Assembly (NCBI GenBank): GCA_903835555.1
Contig: CAILNN010000292.1
Span: forward strand, 1,125-65,124
Source of the DNA: an uncultured Verrucomicrobiota bacterium
GTDB taxonomy: Bacteria > Verrucomicrobiota > Verrucomicrobiia > Limisphaerales > UBA9464
Direction of reading: 5' to 3'
DNA: 64,000 nt
Every line of letters begins with the position of its first letter. Within the stretch, counting starts at the first letter, position 1. A program made the translations under genes and the position numbers. The notes beneath the pieces were generated by a model. That model had not been told where the DNA came from. It saw only the letters and a list, made by a program, of their open reading frames with translations, and did no database searches. Of the stretch, positions 10,101-18,740 are shown piece after piece.

Positions 10101-12705
10101 TGATAATCCAGGCGGTGCGGTCAAATACACCGTTCCCGTCGTCGCCAACGGCAAGGTCTATGTCCCAGCCCAGTTCGGTGTCGCGGTTTATGGTCTCGGC
10201 ACATTCCTGGCCACACCCTCGATTTCTCCCAATGGCGGTATTTTTACCAACTCCGTCCAGGTGAGCATTTCAGATACGACTCCCGGTACCGCCATTTATT
10301 ACACCATCGATGGAACCACCCCGGGCACCAATTCGAGCCTCTATGTCGGGCCATTTACTTTGACCAACTCCGCTTCCGTTCAAGCGGTGGCTACAATTCC
10401 CGGAGCAATTAACAGTGCTGTCGCGTCAGCAGGTTTCTTAAACTTGACCGCGCTGGGCTCGGGAAAAGGGTTGCTAGGTGAATATTGGTCAACGACACCG
10501 TCGGCAAACCCATATCCGGGGCCAGCGACGCTGCTTCGACTGGATCCTACAGTCGATTTTGACTGGGGAAATGGGTCCCCCGATCCGAGTATTAGCGCCA
10601 ATCAATTCACCGCCCGCTGGACTGGATCCATCGAGGCGCAGTACTCGGAGACCTATACGTTCTATCTCGCCTCAGATGACGGTGCCCGGTTGTTCATCAA
10701 CGGACGTGAGCTGATCAATCAATGGGTCGATCAGGCCCTCACGGAAGTTTCCGGTTCCATCGCCCTCCGGGCTGGCCAGCGTTATAATATTGAAGTCGAC
10801 TATTACCAGAACACCGGTGCAGATGCCGTGCATCTCTCCTGGAGTAGCCCCTCGACTCCCAAGGCCATCATTCCCCAGTCCCAGCTTTATGCTGCTCCCA
10901 ATCCCGGCCCTGGTATCGCCTTGAACGCGCCAACCAATGCTGCCTCCTTCACCGCACCTGCCAGCGTCACCTTTTCCGCCGCCGCAGCAGCTCAAAATAA
11001 CTCCATCGATTATGTCTCGTTTTACCTGGGCACCCGGCTGATCGCCAATGTCCTGGCCAGTCCTTACACCTTTACAACAACGGGGTTGGGCGTGGGCAAT
11101 TACAGCGTCACGGCGGTCGCTGTCGATGCCACCGGACTAAAGGCGACCTCCCCTCCAGTAAACATTACCATCACGTCCGGTAGTGGTTTGCCATACGGCT
11201 TGGCCGTCCGCCCAAGCGCGAACGCCTACTTCAACCTTCCCACCACCGTTAACGGAACCCTCCCGGCTTTGCTTTCCCAGTCTGGCGTCTTCAGCGATAC
11301 CCCGTCCCGCACCGTTGCCTCCGGATTCATACCCTACCAGCCTCTGGTGCAATTCTGGTCCGATGGTGCCATCAAATCGCGATATTTTGCCGTTCCTTAC
11401 TCTGACGGCCTGGTGAAACCCGATCATCAGATTGCCTTCGCTACCGATGGCGAATGGTCTTTCCCAGCCGGTAGCGTGTTCGTCAAAAACTTTGATATCG
11501 CCACCGACGAAACCAATACCAATTCCCCACTCCGCCGCATCGAGACTCGGGTACTCGTCCGCGATTCCTTCGGGGCCGTTTACGGTGTAACCTATAAATG
11601 GCGTCCAAACAATTCCGAAGCCGATCTTCTGACGACCAGCCAGGAGGAGACCCTCCTCATTACCAATGCGTTCGGTGTCCGTTCCCAAACGTGGTATTAC
11701 CCAAGCCCCGCAGACTGTTTAACCTGCCACACTCCGGCAGCCAATTACGTCTTGGGCTTGAAGACACGCCAATTAAACCACGATTTCGGCTACAGCGGCA
11801 CGGGTGTCCACGACAATCAACTGCGGACCTTAAACCATTTGGGGCTCTTTTATCCCGCCATTGATGAATCGACCATCCCAACCTTGCCGACCCTGGTCGC
11901 GCTTTCGGATACCAATGCACCCATTCAAAGTCGGGCTCGCTCCTACATCGATGCCAACTGCGCAAATTGCCATCGACCCGACGGTGTCCGGGCCAATTTC
12001 GACGCCCGTTATGACACGCCGATAGAAAAACAAAATATGATCAACGGTATCGTTCTCGGGAATCTTGGCGTGGACCGAGCCGCCGTCGTTGTTCCTCAAG
12101 ACCTTTGGCGCTCCGTTCTCTATCAACGGGTCAATAGCCTGGAGCCGTTGATCAAAATGCCCCCGCTGGCGCGAAATCGAATTGACACCAATGGCGTTCA
12201 ACTCCTGGCCAATTGGATTAACAGCCTACCGGGGGTCCCGGCAATCGCACCGCCGACCATCCTTCCAGACGGTGGCCAGTTTGCTCTGCCGGTTACCGTT
12301 TCTCTGCAACATCCCGATGCGAATGCGCTCCTCCATTTCACCTTGGACGACACACTCCCGACCACCAATTCGCCGGTCTATAGTGGTCCCTTTCTGCTTC
12401 GGACCAACGCCATACTCCAGGCCAAGGCTTTTGAAACCGGTTTCAGCGATAGCATCGCTTCAACCGCCTTCTTTACCGTCGCCACTCCTGTCTACTTCAC
12501 CGCCAACCCGTACTTTCAATCGGGTAGTGTCCATCTACCCTTCTCCGGCGTACCGGGACGTTCCTACATCCTTCAAGGTACCGCTGATCTGAAACATTGG
12601 GTTCCCGTAAACACCAACCTCGCACCAGACGGTATCCTGATTTGGCTAGATCCCGCTTCAACCAATCTGCCCTACCAATTCTACCGCGTCATCGAAGGTC
12701 GTTGA
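7135..12705 (+). CDS. Giant secreted multidomain protein: 2x F5/8 type C (discoidin/CBM32-like), FN3-like repeats, PQQ-like beta-propeller, CHB_HEX_C, PA14, Ig-like, dihaem cytochrome c domain, CHB_HEX_C, C-terminal beta-sandwich tail
   Basis: 1856-aa ORF with a signal peptide (LHLAAWILAVHSAFA). It is colinear, module for module, with the 3..5198 protein: LTYHYDNTRQGANLSE..VDGHVYAQPLIM..LLVASQHDSLYAFDAD; PA14 GLLGEYWSTT..RWTG..ETYTF..DDGARLFING..YYQNTGA; CLTCH and CANCH. The N-terminus has two discoidin-like units (..NVFDGDITTFF.. and ..ALAVDGKVSTGWLS..YGIQELSVLG). Confidence 0.9.
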   Translation: MTIPITRFFAFRLHLAAWILAVHSAFAALLPGSIIGTPGSWQNSGNTITNVFDGDITTFFDAPDPGTGDWAGLDFGPGAANIITSIVYAPRAGFGGRMVGGQFQGANQPDFSDAVNLGTINNAPADGTYITVPVTVQTGFRYARYLAPDPSWGNISELQFFGYGPGVNLALAQPALASSASDATHTPALAVDGKVSTGWLSSGGGPQWLSVDLGSGYSVGSIQISWGSNYASTFTVQSSTDGTTWKDQFTKTGFGGGLFLATFKPFVTRYLRINCTQAGGAGGYGIQELSVLGVVTAPVLNDLAPAQVTSHGAVATGQIVATGGLVPTVILYYGAKDGGSQASAWGSFVNLGQQSANFSAPITGLNPSTTYYYTFAASNAAGVTWASPSVSFTTAPPPQLPGVVNLAALGVQPNTATVAGRITSTGGGGEIPTAFVYYGIADGGTSANAWTFSQSAGPQSTNFVADLTGLTPNTTYFFTVAASNSAGIVWASPSLSFTTPLAPPAVPVLTYHYDNTRQGANLSENLLTPANVGGGTFGRLFTYPVDGHVYAQPLIMTNVAVLGKGTRNVLLVASQHDSLYAFDADNNGGPDNGLLWKVNFGVSAATPNNDWGNRYGPYHDIDPEVGITATPVIDPVTSTIYLDVFSHEGTVYLHRIHALDIATGTERPFSPVPVAAQVPGKGVGSAGGVLNFDSRRSLNRSAFTLAGGILFATYTGYADTDPYHGWVIGFDAATLKPLTNYVFCTSPNSTINAWGPNAGECGIWMAGHGPCADANNNLFFEVGNGPFNANAANGSEYGDSFVRLSSSSGLSVADYFTPYNQASLAAADADLGSGGPIILPDSVGSAAHPHLLVGCGKEGKIYLLDRDQMGHYNPANDNGAVQTLPGAVGGTWSSPAYFNGTIYYQGSGDVLKAFSIANGAINPNPVGRGPSGDGYPGSTPVISASGTQNAIVWTIQSDAYGGGGPAVLHAYNATNITYELYNSSRNLSRDNPGGAVKYTVPVVANGKVYVPAQFGVAVYGLGTFLATPSISPNGGIFTNSVQVSISDTTPGTAIYYTIDGTTPGTNSSLYVGPFTLTNSASVQAVATIPGAINSAVASAGFLNLTALGSGKGLLGEYWSTTPSANPYPGPATLLRLDPTVDFDWGNGSPDPSISANQFTARWTGSIEAQYSETYTFYLASDDGARLFINGRELINQWVDQALTEVSGSIALRAGQRYNIEVDYYQNTGADAVHLSWSSPSTPKAIIPQSQLYAAPNPGPGIALNAPTNAASFTAPASVTFSAAAAAQNNSIDYVSFYLGTRLIANVLASPYTFTTTGLGVGNYSVTAVAVDATGLKATSPPVNITITSGSGLPYGLAVRPSANAYFNLPTTVNGTLPALLSQSGVFSDTPSRTVASGFIPYQPLVQFWSDGAIKSRYFAVPYSDGLVKPDHQIAFATDGEWSFPAGSVFVKNFDIATDETNTNSPLRRIETRVLVRDSFGAVYGVTYKWRPNNSEADLLTTSQEETLLITNAFGVRSQTWYYPSPADCLTCHTPAANYVLGLKTRQLNHDFGYSGTGVHDNQLRTLNHLGLFYPAIDESTIPTLPTLVALSDTNAPIQSRARSYIDANCANCHRPDGVRANFDARYDTPIEKQNMINGIVLGNLGVDRAAVVVPQDLWRSVLYQRVNSLEPLIKMPPLARNRIDTNGVQLLANWINSLPGVPAIAPPTILPDGGQFALPVTVSLQHPDANALLHFTLDDTLPTTNSPVYSGPFLLRTNAILQAKAFETGFSDSIASTAFFTVATPVYFTANPYFQSGSVHLPFSGVPGRSYILQGTADLKHWVPVNTNLAPDGILIWLDPASTNLPYQFYRVIEGR

Positions 12706-12873
12706 CTGGTTGGTGTTCACTTCTAATGTTGGGGACCTTGCGGAGGACGTAGGGTTCCCAACCTGTTTCCGATCAGAAACCCGTCCCAATACAGCCTCCG
12801 GAGACTTGACACCCGCAAACGCCTCTCAAAACTGCAGCTTTAGCCCATCGGACTACTCATAACCATTACGACC

Positions 12874-13245
12874 ATGAAACTCGGCAACTTTTGTATTAGT
12901 TTGACGGTGAAGGACATTGAGGCCTCTCTCGCCTTTTATGAAAAACTTGGTTTTACTGTCGTCGGGGGAAATGCCGCTCATCGATGGTTGGTTCTCAAGA
13001 ACGGCGAGACAAAGATTGGCATCTTTCAGGGAATGTTTGAACGCAACATGCTGACCTTCAACCCCGGTTGGAACAGCAACGCTGAAAAACTTGATTCATT
13101 CACCGATATCCGGGAAATCCAAAAGCAGCTCAAAGCCCTCGGCGTGAGTTTTCAAACGGAAGCAGACGAAACAACCACCGGCCCGGCCTATTTCATGGTG
13201 ACCGATCCTGACGGAAACCCGATACTGGTCGACCAACATGTTTAG
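12874..13245 (+). CDS. VOC / glyoxalase-bleomycin resistance family protein
   Basis: 123 aa. Contains LTVKDIEASLAFYEKLGF...DPDGNPILVDQH, typical of vicinal-oxygen-chelate fold proteins. Confidence 0.8.
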   Translation: MKLGNFCISLTVKDIEASLAFYEKLGFTVVGGNAAHRWLVLKNGETKIGIFQGMFERNMLTFNPGWNSNAEKLDSFTDIREIQKQLKALGVSFQTEADETTTGPAYFMVTDPDGNPILVDQHV

Positions 13246-13967
13246 GGAGCCAAGGCGTCATGAATGAGTTGGAACCCGTGATTCAAGAAATCGGCCATGG
13301 AAACACCGTGAATGTCATCTAGTGCGGCACCCAATTGCCCCCGAAGTCCCACCAAGCCGTGCGTGAAAGCCCAAAGGTTCAGGGCGATCACCGTCGCGCT
13401 GGCTCCATCTTTCCGAACTGAACCATCGCGTCGTCCCCGCTCAACTTCCGACGCTACAAGCGCAATGATGGCCCTCTTTTGTTCCAGCAATTGTGCGGTT
13501 ATCGAGCCTGCTTCCAACGCCTCTGCGACATCGCCACAAATGCGGCCCCGAATGGATTTTCCCAACCCATCCATAATCGAAGGTGAACCCTGAACCGGGG
13601 GGCAATGGGCTCCTTCCAAAAGCATCAATCGAGCCTCGTCCGGACAATCATCATGAAAATGGAGGTAGGCTCGCCCGATGCCCATCAGGGATTCGGCTCC
13701 GCTGGCGGCTTGGGCGGCTACGAAGACAAACCGTTCCTGAAGACGTTGGCACGCAGTCAGGAAGGTCTCCTGAATCAGACTCTCTTGGTCGGGAAAGTAA
13801 AAGTACACCAGCGGACGACTCAGGCCGCTGCTTTTGGCGATGTCGCCATAGGTCACATCTTCAAGTCCCCGCTCAGCAAAGAGATGTGTCGCGGCTGCGA
13901 GGATTTTTTTGCGTGCCCGCTCCCTATCTTCTGTTCGACGTCGGGGCAACGATTTCTTCATGGACAA
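13242..13967 (-). CDS. TetR/AcrR family transcriptional regulator
   Basis: N-terminal HTH RARKKILAAATHLFAERGLEDVTYGDIAKSSGLSRPLVYFYFPDQESL. Convergent with the VOC gene, with a 4-nt overlap. Confidence 0.85.
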   Translation of the reverse strand: MSMKKSLPRRRTEDRERARKKILAAATHLFAERGLEDVTYGDIAKSSGLSRPLVYFYFPDQESLIQETFLTACQRLQERFVFVAAQAASGAESLMGIGRAYLHFHDDCPDEARLMLLEGAHCPPVQGSPSIMDGLGKSIRGRICGDVAEALEAGSITAQLLEQKRAIIALVASEVERGRRDGSVRKDGASATVIALNLWAFTHGLVGLRGQLGAALDDIHGVSMADFLNHGFQLIHDALAP

Positions 13968-14106
13968 ATTTCCGTCAGCGGTGGCGGGTCGTCAATGATA
14001 GACGAAAAGCGGTACAACCCGAGATGAAGTCAATAATGGCAGATGGAGGCATTTTGAAAACACGGGCTGACAAGCGCCGGGAGAAGTTGAAACGTAAACA
14101 ATTGGA

Positions 14107-15354
<1,248 letters not shown>

Positions 15355-15368
15355 TCAACAAAGTAGAA

Positions 15369-16454
15369 CTATTCCGTCGCCGCCCGAATAGCCCAACGCA
15401 GCTTCGCCGGAGCACTGCGAGGATTCGCATGCAGTTCCTCAGGCCCGGGACGGATCACTTCCTCTGATATCCTCGAATAAACACCCTCCCGCAAACCTGT
15501 TTGGAAAGCCTTCTTGACTCGACGGTCTTCCCCCGAGTGAAAGGTCAATAAGCAGGCCTTGCCTCCCGCTTTCAAACACCACGGCAGATTCCGAAGGAGT
15601 GCGTCCAAGGCCCCAAATTCATCGTTCACCGCGATTCGAAGGGCCTGAAAAACACGTCGAATACAGGCATTGTCCGTTTCCCGGTCAACGCTTAGCCGAT
15701 GTTGCACCAGAATATTCCGGATTTCTTCCGCCAATCGTTGGGTTCGATCAATGGGGTGGCGTCCGCTGGCTTCCACCAATCCGCTTGCCAGAATTTCGGC
15801 GTTGGGCTCATCTGCATTCTCCTCCAGCAATAGCGCCAGCTTTTCCGCCGATAGCATTGCCAGTAATTGGGAGGCCGACGGAGGTCGCTGCGGGTTTAGA
15901 CGCAAGTCGAGCGGGCCGTCCGCCTTGAAGCTAAAGCCACGCTGCGGGTCGTCCAGTTGCATGGACGATACCCCGAGATCGGCAAAAATGGCATCGACTC
16001 CGTTCAAATCGAGTTCCTGAAGGACCTGGCTGATTCCGGCAAAATTTCGACGGACGGGCGTGAAGACGTCTTCGCCAAATCCGGCTTCGCTCAAGCGGGC
16101 AATGGTTCGCGGTTGTTCCACTGGATCGACGTCCAAACCGATCAATCGTCCTCCTGGAAGCAGTTTCCCGAGAAACTCCCGCGCATGGCCCCCGAACCCG
16201 AGAGTGCAATCAACCACCCGCTGCCCGGGTTGAATATCCAGGACATCAAGGACTTCCGTCACCAAAATAGGCCGGTGGCTTCCAGCCGGAGTCTTACCGC
16301 TGGCCATGACCTTTTCAATAGTGTCTGGGTAAAGGGAAGGGTTGTGTTCTTTGTACTTTTGCTCGAATCGACGCGGATTCTTTCCCGGGTAGCGAACCCG
16401 ACGTTTCGGTCGAGTCAAGGCGTCGGATGCAGGTTCGGGAGCCGATGGGTCCAT
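15369..16454 (-). CDS. rsmH: 16S rRNA (cytosine1402-N4)-methyltransferase RsmH/MraW
   Basis: HRPILVTEVLDVL, VDCTLGFGGHAREFL, DLGVSSMQLDDPQRGFSF, LRIAVNDEFGALD and FHSGEDRRVK. The ORF track extends to 16526, but the ATG at 16454 (MDPSAPEP) avoids overlap with the upstream gene. Confidence 0.9.
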   Translation of the reverse strand: MDPSAPEPASDALTRPKRRVRYPGKNPRRFEQKYKEHNPSLYPDTIEKVMASGKTPAGSHRPILVTEVLDVLDIQPGQRVVDCTLGFGGHAREFLGKLLPGGRLIGLDVDPVEQPRTIARLSEAGFGEDVFTPVRRNFAGISQVLQELDLNGVDAIFADLGVSSMQLDDPQRGFSFKADGPLDLRLNPQRPPSASQLLAMLSAEKLALLLEENADEPNAEILASGLVEASGRHPIDRTQRLAEEIRNILVQHRLSVDRETDNACIRRVFQALRIAVNDEFGALDALLRNLPWCLKAGGKACLLTFHSGEDRRVKKAFQTGLREGVYSRISEEVIRPGPEELHANPRSAPAKLRWAIRAATE

Positions 16455-16480
16455 GATGGTTCCGAGCGAATGGTATCCGA

Positions 16481-17221
16481 TTAACCAGTGCCGCGTCTTG
16501 GCGCATCGTTGATTTTTACGCCACACGGACCGATATCAGTGACCCTCCAGCCTTGCTGGCGGATGGCCTCACCCAAGATCACGTCGTCGGCGCGTTTAAT
16601 CGGGCAGTTGTCGGCAAGGCGCTTATCCGGCCAGTCTAGCTCTCGAATGGCTGCCGTTCGAATAAGCCAGCAACCCCCGGTGATAAAAAACCACCGACCG
16701 TCACCGACACCGCGGCCTTCAAAATTCCACTCTCCTTTGCCTCCTGGAATCCATGACGGCGGTGTGAGGCCTCTATACCAAGGCGAGCTCTCCACAAATG
16801 ACCCCACGTCGGCGTTGGTGCTGAAGTTGCTCTCCTCACTGAAGTAAAACTCGTGCCCCCACATCACCGTACTGCTGGGAGCCAAATTGGCCAAGCGAAG
16901 CCGCTCCGATAAGGCATTGGGCTCTAGAACATAAGAGTCGTCGTCAAACCAACAGATGTAGTCGGTATCCACGTCCGCAAACATTCGGCGCATCATGGGG
17001 CATTTGCCAAGATTCTCAGAGCTCTGGTGGAGCGTGTCGATGACACCCGTTGCGTGGAGTTCTTCCAGCCATCTCAGAGTTTCCGGTGAGACGGCGTTTG
17101 CACCAACCACCAGACGATACTCTGCGCGGCAGCAATACTTCAAAATCGAGTCGAGGCATCGCTGGGCCAGGCTGAAATAGTCTCCATAGGTCAGAACGCA
17201 AATCGTCGTGCTCGGTGTCAT
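16481..17221 (-). CDS. Glycosyltransferase (GT-A fold, family 2-like)
   Basis: ICVLTYGDYFSLAQRCLDSILKY..YRLVVGANAVSPETLRWLEEL and WFDDDSY (DxD-like) are typical of GT2-type enzymes. The family assignment is from motif memory only. Confidence 0.7.
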   Translation of the reverse strand: MTPSTTICVLTYGDYFSLAQRCLDSILKYCCRAEYRLVVGANAVSPETLRWLEELHATGVIDTLHQSSENLGKCPMMRRMFADVDTDYICWFDDDSYVLEPNALSERLRLANLAPSSTVMWGHEFYFSEESNFSTNADVGSFVESSPWYRGLTPPSWIPGGKGEWNFEGRGVGDGRWFFITGGCWLIRTAAIRELDWPDKRLADNCPIKRADDVILGEAIRQQGWRVTDIGPCGVKINDAPRRGTG

Positions 17222-17408
17222 AATCGGGCCTTCGATTGGCGACAGCTAAAACCGGTATCCATGGCGCTGATTCAAAATCGCCTGGTCTACTGGTGCCAGA
17301 CAAAACGGATGAGGCCTTCATGCTTTGGTCAAGCATCGACGAAATCGAAAACGGTCACATTTTTTCGATTCCGAACCCTGTCGTCCCTGGCCTAGTGTCG
17401 CAACATTC

Positions 17409-17729
17409 CTAACGACCGCCATGGCCAGCGGCGGCTGTGCACACAATCGATCGTCCGAGGAATATAGCCTCGGTCCTTATGACCGGGCAGACCCGTGCGA
17501 TTGCAGCGACCGGACCGCAGACCCCGCGCTGACGCTTCTCGGTGAAGCGCCGGATATAGCGAGTAAGACCCTTGTTCATTAGAGCGACGGGATTGACCTC
17601 GCGTCTGGAGCAAGCGTGGGGATGCGCAAAAAGTGGCCCACCTGATCGTAGCGCAGGCGGTTGGCCTTCCAAATAACAGCTTTTCCGCAGACTCGTATGG
17701 TTCACACGTAACATATTGACACCGAGCAA
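17409..17729 (-). pseudogene. Possible degenerate IS200/RAYT-type (Y1, HUH) transposase remnant
   Basis: Minus-frame translation: ..PLFAHPHACSRREVNPVALMNKGLTRYIRRFTEKRQRGVCGPVAAIARVCPVIRTEAIFLGRSIVCTAAAG. Its order and spacing loosely follow the Y1-transposase pattern as I remember it: (hMPNH.HLL...LS..M..L...Y.r.fN.r.gr.GPvWq..f....I.de......l.YI..NPVrAG). It sits directly beside a REP-like hairpin repeat. The match is weak. Confidence 0.25.
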
Positions 17730-17745
17730 TATCGGTCGAAAAGTT

Positions 17746-17869
17746 CCCAAGCCAGAGGAATTCCATACCACCCGAATTTTCAAGCGCCAAAGGCGCGATT
17801 TCATACCAGCCTGGGCCAGCGGCCCAGGAAACCGGTCCCAAGATTGGAAAAGGGCCGAAAGCCCGCCCC
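17746..17869 (+). repeat. REP-like hairpin repeat, family 1, copy A
   Basis: About 90% identical over ~120 nt to 28186-28308, in the same orientation. The shared core is CAAGCGCCAAAGGCGCGATTTCATACCAGCCTGGGCC..CGGCCCAGGAAACC. It holds three short hairpins: GCGCC-AAA-GGCGC, CCTGGGCC-N3-GGCCCAGG and GGGC-N4/5-GCCC. Confidence 0.75.
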
Positions 17870-18029
17870 ACGCCTACATCGCAAGTTATACCTCGCCCAA
17901 CCCGCGATCGGCTCGGGTGACACTCTGCCTCACCGCAGACGTTTAGCCTGCGTTATTTCTCGTGTCTTATAAATGCCAACCGCAACCCCACTGTCACAAG
18001 GTCGGCATCAAAAATACTTTCCAACACAA

Positions 18030-18689
18030 CTAAGCCGGACCACAACAGCCCTTTTCGCGAACGCACATGCAACCGCCGACTGCTGCGAGCGCTCCCAGAA
18101 TCGGGGCTAAAAAATAAATCCAGAGATTTTCCAGGTGCCCGGAAACCACCGCCGGAGCCAGGGACCGAACTGGATTCATCGAAGCCCCGCAAATCGGCCC
18201 GGCAAACAGAGCTTCAAGGGTGATAACGCCGCCGATCGCGACGCCCGCCATCAGGCCTTTCTCCTTTGCTCCGGTGGACACATTGAGGATGACGAACATG
18301 AGCATGGCCGTGAGGATGAATTCCATCGCCAATGACTGGAGCGCCGACCCTGAAGGCTGGGTTCCACCGAGCATGGTATTGTCCGGAAACATCAGCTTGA
18401 GCACCGCGCTGGCGAGCAATGCACCGGCAGATTGGCTGGCCAGATAAAAGGGTACCTCTCTTCCCGGCATTCTGCGGGCGGCCCAAAAGCCAAGCGTAAC
18501 CGCCGGGTTGAAATGGGCACCCGACACGTCGCCGACCGTGTAAATCATGGCCAGAACGATTAACCCGAACGTCATCGCCACCCCGACATGGGTGACCGTG
18601 CCAGCGCTGACTTGGTTGACGATGATGGCACCCGTTCCCGCGAAGACGAGGGCAAAGGTTCCGAACAATTCCGAAAGGTATTTTTGCAT
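18030..18689 (-). CDS. MIP/aquaporin family channel (NIP/AqpS-like; candidate arsenite channel)
   Basis: ELFGTFALVFAGTGA, HFNPAVTLGF (NPA box 1) and SMNPVRSLAPA (NPV box 2). It is the last gene of the ars operon, 51 nt after arsA. Confidence 0.9.
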   Translation of the reverse strand: MQKYLSELFGTFALVFAGTGAIIVNQVSAGTVTHVGVAMTFGLIVLAMIYTVGDVSGAHFNPAVTLGFWAARRMPGREVPFYLASQSAGALLASAVLKLMFPDNTMLGGTQPSGSALQSLAMEFILTAMLMFVILNVSTGAKEKGLMAGVAIGGVITLEALFAGPICGASMNPVRSLAPAVVSGHLENLWIYFLAPILGALAAVGGCMCVREKGCCGPA

Positions 18690-18740
18690 AAAGTCATCAA
18701 GGCTGCTGCCATCCCCTCCAACCCGGTGAGCAAGGTATTA

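Noticed and set aside
12706-12873. Hairpin GTTGGG..CCCAAC and a TTGACA hexamer in the spacer after the giant operon, considered as a possible terminator and promoter.
   Set aside because: The stem is short and imperfect with no following T-run. The TTGACA has no acceptable -10 at 16-18 nt. This is insufficient to call.
15359-15373. A 15-mer AACAAAGTAGAACTA shared by 15359-15373 and 28375-28389, in both cases spanning the stop codon of a minus-strand gene.
   Set aside because: A few exact 15-mer matches are expected by chance in 64 kb on both strands. The flanks at 15359 do not extend the similarity. It is reported only as part of the 28331-28379 motif context.
17392-17871. ORFs seeded by the repeats: 17392..17871 and 28137..28367 (MGRAF.PF..LG.VSWA.GPGWYEIAPLAL), and 43105..43344 and 60700..60891.
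   Set aside because: The conserved part of each peptide coincides exactly with the nucleotide hairpin repeats, and similarity stops at the repeat edge. The conservation is at DNA/RNA level, not protein level.
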